Positions 1 through 8,009 of a DNA stretch of 14,336 bases are shown one piece after another. A model generated the notes under the pieces. That model was not told where the DNA came from, ran no database searches, and worked only from the letters and a program-made list of their open reading frames with translations. Each line of letters starts with the position of its first letter. The first letter of the stretch is position 1. Origin of the DNA: a virus; UHGV virus genome UHGV-1706348; one strand, given 5' to 3'. Position numbers and translations under genes: made by a program.

Positions 1-45
1 GATTGCCTCTTGTCTCGTGGGCTCGGAGATGTGTATAAGAGACAG
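1..45. other. Library adapter contamination (Nextera i7 side): tail of P7 (gat), 8-nt index TGCCTCTT, GTCTCGTGGGCTCGG, then the 19-nt Tn5 mosaic end AGATGTGTATAAGAGACAG
   Basis: Read directly: positions 12-45 are GTCTCGTGGGCTCGGAGATGTGTATAAGAGACAG, the Nextera transposase read-2 adapter; positions 4-11 (TGCCTCTT) fit an i7 index as it appears in the adapter (N711 from memory). Genomic sequence starts at 46. Confidence 0.9.
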
Positions 46-528
46 CTTTTCTTCCTCGGTAGCCATATCTAAATCGACAGCATCCTGCAGCGTGGCAATG
101 ATTTCACCTGCATATGCAATCTGCTCTTTCTTCTGAGACTCCGCCGCTCTGACAAGCGCATCACGCTCTGCATTCTCATCATTCACCCACGCATTTCCGT
201 TCCATTTCTGATAATCCCCCTCCGGGGAAATGGCTGTCACGTCTGGAGGTAATGCGCCAAGTTCAGAAATATAAATGGCTGCTCCCGTTTTCGTTTCGTA
301 GACAGTCTTTCCGCGATGATCTTCCATCAACTCCCATTTCATTTCATCTGCATTGAAAACGGCTGCATAACCAGCAGGAATATCAGGTGGTGCAATATCT
401 GTACTGTTTGCAGGCAGGCCAGTATACGGCGGAATATATGCATCACTTTCGCCAATAAACTCATTGGTTCCATCAAGTAAATTGAAAACGCGGATAGTTT
501 GTGCTTCTGCACTCATTCTGAAAGCCAT
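46..528 (-). CDS. tfa: Tail fiber assembly protein (chaperone), lambda Tfa-like; 3'-partial, truncated by contig end and adapter
   Basis: My translation from ATG at 528 reads [59 protein letters not shown]...[14 protein letters not shown], close to the lambda Tfa N-terminus as I recall it ([54 protein letters not shown]...). Start ATG overlaps the tail fiber stop by 1 nt (TAATG). Frame runs open to position 46, where adapter begins. Confidence 0.85.
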
Positions 529-3146
529 TATGCAAGCCTCACAATATAGTTAAATGCGATGTTTTTGACGGTGTTTTCGGTATTACCAGTAGCATTTACG
601 GTAATGGAATGCCCGTGTGAGCCAATAGCAACAGTGTGTGAATGTGCACCAATACCAACAGTATGGTTATGTGCTCCAATGTCGACTGTATGTGCATGAT
701 TGCCTGATGAACTTGTAGTCGTAGCACCTTTATCACTTCGCGGAACACCATAATCTGCACCGCCTGATTGCACGCTCACAGCAAAACCGACGGTATGTGT
801 ATGATTGCCAGAAGTATTGGTTGATTTTGTGCCGTGGTTAAACGTACTGACTGTTTTTGTCCCGTAATCAAATGAACTGGTCGTTTTCGTTCCTAAGTCC
901 GTATTTGACGCACTGGCGCTGTGAGTATGCGATTTAATCCCGTCCTGTTCCTGTGACAATACGGCACGCCCACTGGCGGGTTTGCCCTTGATTGTCCAGC
1001 CGCGCATATCAGGAATAACACCAGAAGGATAGGCAATAGCCAGTTTCGGATATGCAGCCTTATCAAACGTCTGCCCCTGCATGATCGCATAGCCTGCAGG
1101 TGGTGTATCTGATGGCCACGGCAGCGGAACACCTGGCGGAAACGCTTCAATATTTGCCGAGCCGTCAAATTTTACGCCGTTAATTGTCCTTGGCGTTTTC
1201 AGCTTTGTAGCTGTAGCCGCATTGCCGGACAGTTCGCCTGAAATACCGGCGCTGAAGGTTTGTTTCGCCGCCCATGTCTGAGCTTCGTCGATAATTGGCA
1301 CACGTCTTGTCGTGATCGTGCGGCTTCCCGGATTTCCTGAAATACGCACCATAAAAAAGCGGTAATTCGCTTTACTTACAGTGCTGCGCCATACATGCAT
1401 TGAGCGCCCCGTACCGGAATCATCACTCGGACCAACTGCGATGTTTATCAGGTTGCCATCAATGACGCCCCAGTCCATACCGTCGGGAATGTTGGTCATG
1501 TTATCAAGCCGAACGGTTATCAGACTGCCCGGCACAAAGTCGTGGGTCTGCCAGTCCAGGCTGGTGAGCTTTGCCACTGCACCGCCGATACCCAGATTCA
1601 GGGGAAGTGAATACGAGGTGTAGACTTCCCGCCATTCGCTCCACGAGCTGCCGGTATAGACGCGCTCAAACGTGCGACCTTTAAGGGTTGCACCTGTTCC
1701 GGCAGTTGTATAACGCTGCCATACGTTAACACCATCAAAGCGCCTCAACACTTCCAGAATACCGAGGACTGTCACGCCGTTTCCGTCCAGTATTGGACCG
1801 TTGGTCGCTTTACCTGTAACGCTGTAAATACCTGGTGAAGTCACATCATTCAAATCCCCGTCGTAATAACGACTCTCTGACTGATGACCGACTCTTAACC
1901 ACGGTTCCCACTGCGGATTTGATGCATCCCAGCTTGCCGCAAGGCAGCGGACATACATATTTCCACGGCGAGTGGTATAACGTTGCGTTCTTCCATAATT
2001 CCCGCCTTCGAGGATCTCAAGCGTCCCCTGAGCAAAGCCGCCTTCCTCTGGATAATTGCGTTCATATGAAGCTATAGCCGAGCTACTGTTACGCCATAAA
2101 CCAAGATGTTCGGCAGCTCCAAGCGTATTCAGGTCTATAGTCGTACTCAAAGGGCGGGTAGCTGATTGAGTGTGACGCCATACGCCCCATGGACCATCAG
2201 TACCATTCCACTTATTGGCGAGTTTACGCATGTATACATTGCCGTCTCTCGTGATAAAGCGTTGCGTGCCTGCAAAATTGCCGGCAGCAAAAACCTCAAG
2301 CACACCGACAGCATTATCTTCCGGGAAATTTTTCTCCAGTGTTGCGTTAGTTGAGGTAGCTTTAGACCAGCTCCCCAGATAAGCCTTAACTGGACCAAAT
2401 GTATTCAGATCAGCATCAACCGGCATTTCGCCGTTGTTTTTCATAAACGTCAGGCTGGTAACGCCAACATTGTCCAGAAAAGCTGATTTATCCTGGATAT
2501 CTGCACCGTTCTGATTTTTCGCCAGACGTGAATTTGCGTTGTCATTCGCAGCCTTGACCGCTTTTGGCGTTGCCGCCAGTTTTTCACTGGTGCTGTTTGT
2601 TGCGCTGCTTAACTGGGTAAAACCTTTTTCTGTCAGCGTGGCGTCAGGATGGCGGCGGGACTGCTCATGTTCTGCGATTTTGTCATCGACGTAATCCTGC
2701 GTCGCCATCACTGTGCTGGCATCAATACTCAGCTCAACGGACGCCACGTTACTGACAATAATAACCATGCGACAGGTCTGCGCACGCCCGGAGCCTTCAG
2801 CGAGTTCAGGCTTATAGCTTTCTGCCATGTTGGCGACCGCAATCAGTGTTCCGGCATCGTCATACAGACCAAGCTCACGCATCCAGAAGCCGCCCACTTC
2901 GGGCGGTACAACCAGTTCAGCCACGATATAGTTTTTATTCTTGTTATCCACGCTGACTTTATTCAGAGCGTGACGCCAGACCTCATGCACCAGTTTCGTC
3001 TGACCGGCATCCGGCACCGGCAATTTGCCATTACCGTCACCCACGGCCATTGCAGACAGGTTTACTTTTTTCCCGCCGGGGACAGTGGCGGCTGCCAGCT
3101 TTGCGGCTCCGGCAGTAGTGATAACGGTTTTAAATTTCGTGCTCAT
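528..3146 (-). CDS. H: Tail fiber protein (872 aa): P2 gpH-like N-terminal domain, triplicated shaft repeat, lambda Stf-like His-x-His C-terminal tip
   Basis: Complete ORF in the track. N-terminus [21 protein letters not shown]...[31 protein letters not shown] is P2 H-like; C-terminus ...[58 protein letters not shown] is lambda side-tail-fiber-like. Sits between the baseplate genes and tfa. Confidence 0.9.
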   Translation of the reverse strand: MSTKFKTVITTAGAAKLAAATVPGGKKVNLSAMAVGDGNGKLPVPDAGQTKLVHEVWRHALNKVSVDNKNKNYIVAELVVPPEVGGFWMRELGLYDDAGTLIAVANMAESYKPELAEGSGRAQTCRMVIIVSNVASVELSIDASTVMATQDYVDDKIAEHEQSRRHPDATLTEKGFTQLSSATNSTSEKLAATPKAVKAANDNANSRLAKNQNGADIQDKSAFLDNVGVTSLTFMKNNGEMPVDADLNTFGPVKAYLGSWSKATSTNATLEKNFPEDNAVGVLEVFAAGNFAGTQRFITRDGNVYMRKLANKWNGTDGPWGVWRHTQSATRPLSTTIDLNTLGAAEHLGLWRNSSSAIASYERNYPEEGGFAQGTLEILEGGNYGRTQRYTTRRGNMYVRCLAASWDASNPQWEPWLRVGHQSESRYYDGDLNDVTSPGIYSVTGKATNGPILDGNGVTVLGILEVLRRFDGVNVWQRYTTAGTGATLKGRTFERVYTGSSWSEWREVYTSYSLPLNLGIGGAVAKLTSLDWQTHDFVPGSLITVRLDNMTNIPDGMDWGVIDGNLINIAVGPSDDSGTGRSMHVWRSTVSKANYRFFMVRISGNPGSRTITTRRVPIIDEAQTWAAKQTFSAGISGELSGNAATATKLKTPRTINGVKFDGSANIEAFPPGVPLPWPSDTPPAGYAIMQGQTFDKAAYPKLAIAYPSGVIPDMRGWTIKGKPASGRAVLSQEQDGIKSHTHSASASNTDLGTKTTSSFDYGTKTVSTFNHGTKSTNTSGNHTHTVGFAVSVQSGGADYGVPRSDKGATTTSSSGNHAHTVDIGAHNHTVGIGAHSHTVAIGSHGHSITVNATGNTENTVKNIAFNYIVRLA
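597..932 (-). repeat. His-x-His motif repeats in the tail fiber C-terminal tip (aa 739-850), preceded by GTKT repeats
   Basis: Motifs [42 protein letters not shown] read from the translation. Coding repeats, not CRISPR. Confidence 0.6.
1617..2330 (-). repeat. Three diverged ~58-aa tandem protein repeats (~91-aa period) inside the tail fiber shaft (aa ~273-330, 364-422, 455-510)
   Basis: Aligned by eye: [53 protein letters not shown] / [56 protein letters not shown] / [52 protein letters not shown]. Nucleotide identity between copies is only moderate, so the duplication is old. Confidence 0.6.
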
Positions 3147-3156
3147 TGTTTCTCAC

Positions 3157-3687
3157 TTATCCGGGATAAACAGTAATAACATCACCATCACAGACCACAC
3201 CGCCTGTATACAGACAGCCGGGAATGTCCTGGATAATGTTCAGACCGATAAGGTGGCGACTTGCGGGTTTGGCATCGGCAATCAGCCGTTCCATTTCCAG
3301 ATACATCTCCTCCGTGATGCCGCTTTCCAGTACGCCGATATCAAGGCGGAAGGTTCCGGGCGGGTCGTTTGTCTCCCACCATTCCTTTACGTGAATGAGA
3401 TAGCCGAGCGGCTCCACCACACGCCGGATTGCGCCGACAGTGCCTTTATGACAATGAATGAAATAGGCATCGCGGATAACGGCGCGTTTTGTCGCTTCCG
3501 GCCACTTTTCATCCCACCTGTCGACCGAAAACGCCCACGCCAGCCACGGCAGCAGATTTGCCGGACAGGAGTCCGGGTTCCACAGCTCACGAATACTGAC
3601 CGGCGTTTTTTCAATTTCCGCACAGGCTTTTGCGGCAGCGACTTCAAGCGGTGATGAGCCGGTCGGCAGCAGTCGCGAATCACTCAT
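3157..3687 (-). CDS. I: Baseplate assembly protein I (P2 gpI-like), 176 aa
   Basis: Complete ORF, same length as P2 gpI, positioned between J and H; start overlaps the J stop by 8 nt. Confidence 0.85.
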   Translation of the reverse strand: MSDSRLLPTGSSPLEVAAAKACAEIEKTPVSIRELWNPDSCPANLLPWLAWAFSVDRWDEKWPEATKRAVIRDAYFIHCHKGTVGAIRRVVEPLGYLIHVKEWWETNDPPGTFRLDIGVLESGITEEMYLEMERLIADAKPASRHLIGLNIIQDIPGCLYTGGVVCDGDVITVYPG

Positions 3688-4588
3688 CCGAGCCTCCGGT
3701 CACGACGCGGTATTCGGTACAGAAAGACGCCTGCGTACTGTTGAGCACGATGTCGGCCAGTGGTGCAGCCAGTTCGACACGCTGCACGCCTTCCACATGC
3801 AAAGCGGCATAAATGGCAGACAGACGGATGTCACGCCCCAGCCGGTGCTGTGCCGTGATATACGCTTCCAGTTTTTTCACGGCGGCAGCGCGAATGGGTT
3901 CGCTTTCGGGACCAGGGTAAAGGTAAAGCGTGGCGTTTATCTGGTATTCAACGATGGCGGCAGACTGCACAGTCACGCGGTCGGCCACCGGCCTGACATC
4001 CTCGCCATTAAGGGCGTTACGTACCACAGCCAGCAGGTCTTCGGATGCGACACCATTATTCTCACGTGACAGCACAGAGATGGTGACGCAGGCCGGAGAC
4101 GGACTGGTGACAGAGATATCCGCGACACGCCCGTCGGCACTGCGGCCATGATACTGATAGGCACCCACCGACCCGGCGACGCTTAAACCTTCAAACGCCT
4201 GCTGAATACGCAGACGATAATCGGTGTCAGATTCCATCACTGCCGGTGTCGGCGGAATGGTCGAATCATCTGCCGGGGTGATAATCAGGCGTGTGGTGTT
4301 GTAATTGGCACCAATCACATCAAGGTCATTACCGGCTGCACAGGCCAGCATCACCGCCCGTGCGGCCTCATTCACACGCTGACGCCAGATAAGCTCACGA
4401 TAAGCATTTTCCTCCAGCAGTTTAACGAGAGGCTCAGATTCCAGCGTCAGGGTACGGGCGACCGCCTCCTGCTGGTCTTCCGGGTAAAGGGAAATCAGTG
4501 TCGCCTTGCGTTCAGCGAGAATGGTTTCAAAGTCCAGCTCCTCGACCACATCCGGTGCGGGTAGCTGGTTCAGGTCGATAATCGGCAT
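3680..4588 (-). CDS. J: Baseplate assembly protein J (P2 gpJ-like), 302 aa
   Basis: Complete ORF beginning MPIIDLNQLPAPDVVEELDFETILAERKATLISLYPE..., same length as P2 gpJ, sits between W and I. Confidence 0.88.
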   Translation of the reverse strand: MPIIDLNQLPAPDVVEELDFETILAERKATLISLYPEDQQEAVARTLTLESEPLVKLLEENAYRELIWRQRVNEAARAVMLACAAGNDLDVIGANYNTTRLIITPADDSTIPPTPAVMESDTDYRLRIQQAFEGLSVAGSVGAYQYHGRSADGRVADISVTSPSPACVTISVLSRENNGVASEDLLAVVRNALNGEDVRPVADRVTVQSAAIVEYQINATLYLYPGPESEPIRAAAVKKLEAYITAQHRLGRDIRLSAIYAALHVEGVQRVELAAPLADIVLNSTQASFCTEYRVVTGGSDE

Positions 4589-4592
4589 GGTT

Positions 4593-4940
4593 TCAACTCA
4601 CAGGGATGGTTAATGAAAGTGGCTGGCCGGTGTCGTTGTGCTGGCCGGTTAACGTGACCGTCATTCGCCCGTCAAAACTGCGCTCAGTGATGACGGATGA
4701 CAGGGTGACGCGGGGTTCCCATTTCAGCACCGCCATGTAACAGGCGACCTTAATCTGCAACTCAAGCGCCGGGGTCTGCGGCTGGTCAATCATTGACGCC
4801 AGCAACGAGCCGTAATCACGACGCATCACCCGTGAGCCGACCGGCGTGCGCAGGATATCGCCGATACTCTGGCTGATATGCTCAAGGTCAGTGACAGTCA
4901 GGCCATCACTGCGATTCATTCCGAGATAACGCGCTGTCAT
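4593..4940 (-). CDS. W: Baseplate assembly protein W (P2 gpW / T4 gp25-like), 115 aa
   Basis: Complete ORF of P2 gpW size; ATG overlaps the V stop as ATGA (4937-4940). Confidence 0.85.
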   Translation of the reverse strand: MTARYLGMNRSDGLTVTDLEHISQSIGDILRTPVGSRVMRRDYGSLLASMIDQPQTPALELQIKVACYMAVLKWEPRVTLSSVITERSFDGRMTVTLTGQHNDTGQPLSLTIPVS

Positions 4941-5572
4941 AAAGGCCTCCCGGTTGTGCCGCCGCTGTCGCCGGGGTGTTTATGGGTATGCAGTACCTTA
5001 CCGTTTGATGAGAGTTCACCGCCGGTATGTTCAATGTTGCCGCGCATCGTCCCGCCCTTCTGCACTTCCAGCGTGCCGGTGATCAGCTTGTTTGTGCAGA
5101 CCACCTCCGGCGTGTCCAGAGTGACACGGGTTGATGCTTTCACCGTGACCACCGGCACCGTGGCAGTAACAGAATCAGAAGCCGTCACGCTGGCCGTTTT
5201 AATTCCGCTTACCGTGAGTGCACTGGTTTCAGGTTCATACTCAATCACCGCCCCGTCAGGGAAACGGATATGCAGGGCATCCGCCGACGCAGACGGCGCG
5301 GGGTTATCACCGGAATAAATCCCCGGCAGAACAAACGCCGTGTCGAGTTCACCGCCCACGGACAGAATCAGCACCTGTTCCCCCACGGAAGGTGCCCACC
5401 ATGTGCGCGAACGTCCGGCGCGATGGGTCAGCCACTGAAGCCAGTCGGTGCACATGCCGCCGGTCTGCACACGGCAGCGACCGGCGTTAAGGTCGGTTTC
5501 AACGATAATGCCGGTGCGGATCATGTTGCGCAGTGCGCGCGCGAGTTCCTGAATATTTGCGAGAGTGTTCAT
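4937..5572 (-). CDS. V: Baseplate spike / assembly protein V (P2 gpV-like), 211 aa
   Basis: Complete ORF of P2 gpV size, first gene after the S-V intergenic gap; C-terminal part is Gly/His-rich (...KVLHTHKHPGDSGGTTGRPL). Confidence 0.85.
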   Translation of the reverse strand: MNTLANIQELARALRNMIRTGIIVETDLNAGRCRVQTGGMCTDWLQWLTHRAGRSRTWWAPSVGEQVLILSVGGELDTAFVLPGIYSGDNPAPSASADALHIRFPDGAVIEYEPETSALTVSGIKTASVTASDSVTATVPVVTVKASTRVTLDTPEVVCTNKLITGTLEVQKGGTMRGNIEHTGGELSSNGKVLHTHKHPGDSGGTTGRPL

Positions 5573-5584
5573 AACGGGAAGGAT

Positions 5585-5606
5585 GCCGCCGGGTCATACC
5601 GGCGGC
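5585..5606. promoter_or_regulatory. Perfect 8-bp GC-rich inverted repeat (GCCGCCGG-gtcata-CCGGCGGC) in the 66-bp S-V intergenic region
   Basis: Read directly from the sequence. No U-tract follows on either strand, so it is not a canonical intrinsic terminator. In P2 this position lies upstream of V, where a late promoter is expected. Confidence 0.5.
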
Positions 5607-5638
5607 AATGTGACGATGAGGTGTCGGGAATGGCACAA

Positions 5639-6091
5639 CTAACGGTCGAGATGAGCCAGGATAATCTCTTCAATCATCTGCACATCCTCACCGGTAAAGC
5701 CGAGCAGAGGACGCGCCGGATAATCAATTTTCTTACCGTCTTTCCGGGTTTCTTCCGACAGACCGAACTGATGCACGCTGGCGATTTTCGGTGACTTCCC
5801 GCCGTAAAATTCCATTGATGCCTGTTCCGGGCTGGCGCGGATATGCAAAAAGCGACTGGTAATAAGTTTCGCAAACATTTTTCGCTTAACACGACCGGTC
5901 TTTTTTTTGGCGCTCTGCTGCTGGCGTGGCGCGTAGGGTGTGCCGTCCGGGGCTTTCTGTGCCATCACCCGACGCTGCTGACTCTGTCGCAGACGTTTTG
6001 CCAGTTCGGCACTCAGTCGCCGACGCCCTGACGGTGACAGCGATTCAGTCAGTCCGGTCAGCCGGTCTTCAAAACGCTTAAACTCATTCAT
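5639..6091 (-). CDS. S: Tail completion / virion morphogenesis protein S (P2 gpS-like), 150 aa
   Basis: Complete ORF of P2 gpS size and position; start overlaps the R stop by 8 nt. Confidence 0.8.
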   Translation of the reverse strand: MNEFKRFEDRLTGLTESLSPSGRRRLSAELAKRLRQSQQRRVMAQKAPDGTPYAPRQQQSAKKKTGRVKRKMFAKLITSRFLHIRASPEQASMEFYGGKSPKIASVHQFGLSEETRKDGKKIDYPARPLLGFTGEDVQMIEEIILAHLDR

Positions 6092-6551
6092 CCCACTTGC
6101 TCACCAGTTCGCCATTGATATACAGCTCCATCGGGCGGGTGACCGGCTCCGGCGGCGGAGGTTCCGGGATATTCTTCACATGCAGTGCGCCGTCCACCTC
6201 ACTGACCAGCGTGCGCTCGGTCAGCATCAGGCTGATGCTGATATCAAAGCTGCTGTCATTGTTGATGTCTGCATAAAACGTGAAGCCCTTTTTCTGGCCT
6301 TCGTCGGTGGTCATGATGTCGGGCTGATTTTCCCGCAGCCACGCCAGCACCGGCACGATGAGCAGGTCAAAATCACCGGTAAAGTCGGTCACAATGACAT
6401 TGAGCGTGTAACGCTTTTCGAATGACAGCGACGTCGCCAGTGTGGAGGCAATACTCCCGTTATCCACGAATATCCGCAGCATCTCGGGGCTGGTTTTCAG
6501 CACCGTGACGGCATCAGTCAGTGCCCTGCGCAGGCTGTCGGGTTTGAGCAT
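6084..6551 (-). CDS. R: Tail completion protein R (P2 gpR-like), 155 aa
   Basis: Complete ORF of P2 gpR size, immediately after the lysis cassette. Confidence 0.8.
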   Translation of the reverse strand: MLKPDSLRRALTDAVTVLKTSPEMLRIFVDNGSIASTLATSLSFEKRYTLNVIVTDFTGDFDLLIVPVLAWLRENQPDIMTTDEGQKKGFTFYADINNDSSFDISISLMLTERTLVSEVDGALHVKNIPEPPPPEPVTRPMELYINGELVSKWDE

Positions 6552-6804
6552 CGTTTTCGTCCTGACAGTGTTTAATCATTTTTACCTGGCTGGCACAACG
6601 TGCCAGCGCGTTCTCAAGCTGCCGGATATCGGCACTTAAATCGCCGTTCGTCTGCGGGTCACTGCCCGGCATCGGGCAAAGACTCACTTTCGGGCAGGCG
6701 TTGTGGACAATCACTGGCGTCGGTGCAGGCCGGACGCTGGTGCAACCGGCGCACAGCATCAGGCAGGTCAGCGCCGTACCAGCGGCGAAAATCTTCGTTT
6801 TCAT
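6514..6804 (-). CDS. lysC: Outer-membrane spanin lipoprotein (Rz1-like; P2 LysC-like), 96 aa, out of frame with and overlapping lysB
   Basis: Translation MKTKIFAAGTALTCLMLCAGCTSVRPAPTPVIVHNACPKVSLCPMPGSDP...: signal peptide, lipobox-like LCAGC, Pro-rich mature region. Overlaps the 3' end of lysB (6659-6804) and the 5' end of R. The exact start is uncertain. Confidence 0.7.
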   Translation of the reverse strand: MKTKIFAAGTALTCLMLCAGCTSVRPAPTPVIVHNACPKVSLCPMPGSDPQTNGDLSADIRQLENALARCASQVKMIKHCQDENDAQTRQPAQGTD

Positions 6805-7084
6805 TCAGTAACCTCGTGATGGTTTTCTCGCGCTGTGCTTCACGCTTCGCCGCGTTCTCCAGTTCCTGACGCAGTGCCACCTGCGCCAGCTCGTTTTTGT
6901 CTGCTCTGGTGAGGGCAACATGAAGCTGATTTTTCAGCATGGTGATGGTCGTCTGCTGCCCGCTGGCGACGTTGTTCGCCCTGTCCAGCGAGGTGCGCAG
7001 GCTGGCGTTTTCATGCTTCGCCAGAAACAGACCGGCCACCGCCAGTGATAACAACACAACCAGCACAATCATCAGCTTTGACAT
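6659..7084 (-). CDS. lysB: Inner-membrane spanin (Rz-like; P2 LysB-like), 141 aa
   Basis: N-terminal transmembrane segment MSKLMIVLVVLLSLAVAGLFLA followed by a charged, probably coiled-coil region (QLHVALTRADKNELAQVALRQELENAAKREAQREKTITRLLNENEDFRRW); start overlaps the lysA stop. Confidence 0.8.
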   Translation of the reverse strand: MSKLMIVLVVLLSLAVAGLFLAKHENASLRTSLDRANNVASGQQTTITMLKNQLHVALTRADKNELAQVALRQELENAAKREAQREKTITRLLNENEDFRRWYGADLPDAVRRLHQRPACTDASDCPQRLPESESLPDAGQ

Positions 7085-7497
7085 GGTTCCCGCCCCTCAA
7101 AACGCTGACGACAGGCCGTGCGTATCAACCGGAAGAACACCGACGCCACGAGGTAAATCAGCGCGGTAAAAATCCACCCGGCAGCGACCAGCGAGATAAA
7201 CGTCGCCACCATCACCACCAGAGCCGCCGCCCGTCTGCGCCACGGCACCGGCTGCAAAAACAGCGACGCGACAATCTTCACGGCCAGCGATTCCGGCGGC
7301 AGCTCCCGCCCGTAGCGTTCCAGCACATACTCAGTGGCATACACGCCGACACCACCGGCAACCACACAGATAACCGTCGCCAGAATCGCCCAGGCGGCGA
7401 CAAAACTGACGGCCACGCTCTGCGGGTAAATCAGGGACAGTGCCAGCATCAGCGCCAGCGACACGTTCAGCATCAGTGAAAGGGATAATTTCTTCAT
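7072..7497 (-). CDS. lysA: Lysis timing membrane protein LysA-like, 141 aa, multi-pass hydrophobic
   Basis: Highly hydrophobic translation with several predicted TM segments, located between K and lysB as in P2. Confidence 0.7.
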   Translation of the reverse strand: MKKLSLSLMLNVSLALMLALSLIYPQSVAVSFVAAWAILATVICVVAGGVGVYATEYVLERYGRELPPESLAVKIVASLFLQPVPWRRRAAALVVMVATFISLVAAGWIFTALIYLVASVFFRLIRTACRQRFEGREPCQS

Positions 7498-7511
7498 GGT
7501 GTTTACTCCGT

Positions 7512-8009
7512 TTAAGCCGGTACGCCGCCAGCGGTACGCCAGACGGTGACCAGTTTTTCCAGTGAATGCTCACGCTGACCGTAACCGGCACCCGGCAGGG
7601 ACGCCCAGATATTGCGACAGCGTGAAATGGCGCGCTCAATGCGTCCCGCCCGGATGTCATCCAGTGCACCGCGTTCGCGGATCAACTGAATGGCGAGCCT
7701 GTCCTGTGACAACGGACTGAAATCCGGCAGGGCAAGCTGTTTGCGGTAATGCGGCCAGAACAGGTAAAGCTGCTGATAGCGCCCGGAGGCCGTGGATTTT
7801 TCACCGCGACGGTTAAACACCTTCGCCGGTCGGCCATGCGCGAACGGGTGGTCACTGTAGTCAGTGAAAATTTCCGGCTTCCCGTCCAGTCCGGTGACTA
7901 TCACGTCATAGCCCCGGTTTTTCGTCAGCGGATGATTCGCCGTCCCTTCGGACACGGCCAGCATGTCGAGAAAGGCGGCGATATTCTGATGCGTGTTAAT
8001 TACCGGCAT
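7512..8009 (-). CDS. K: Endolysin, lambda R-like (lytic transglycosylase family), 165 aa
   Basis: Translation MPVINTHQNIAAFLDMLAVSEGT...RGYDVIVTG...FTDYSDHP...GRYQ...FSPLSQD...RCRNIWASLPGAGYGQREH aligns by eye with lambda R as I recall it (AFLDMLAWSEGT...HGYDVIVGG...FTDYSDHP...GRYQ...FSPKSQD...RCSNIWASLPGAGYGQFEH). Start overlaps the Y stop (TAATG). Confidence 0.9.
   Translation of the reverse strand: MPVINTHQNIAAFLDMLAVSEGTANHPLTKNRGYDVIVTGLDGKPEIFTDYSDHPFAHGRPAKVFNRRGEKSTASGRYQQLYLFWPHYRKQLALPDFSPLSQDRLAIQLIRERGALDDIRAGRIERAISRCRNIWASLPGAGYGQREHSLEKLVTVWRTAGGVPA

Noticed and set aside
597-2330. Repeats in the tail fiber gene as a CRISPR array, DGR variable region or invertible shufflon
   Set aside because: The repeats are in-frame coding repeats of unequal, diverged sequence; there are no regular direct repeats with spacers, and no cas, reverse transcriptase or invertase gene in the window.
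3025-3654. 209-aa + strand ORF (and neighbour 2649-3176) antisense to the H and I genes
   Set aside because: Shadow ORFs opposite strongly supported tail genes; no independent evidence of coding.
5585-5606. GC hairpin as a rho-independent terminator
   Set aside because: No T/U-rich tract follows the stem on either strand.
5901-5908. Homopolymer A8 tracts in coding sequence (S at 5901-5908, Q at 13823-13830, A7 in O near 11827-11833) as programmed slippage or phase-variation sites
   Set aside because: They encode Lys-rich N-terminal stretches (AKKKTG, AAKKMT, MAKKV), and no alternative-frame ORF of meaningful length follows, so ordinary coding is the simplest explanation.
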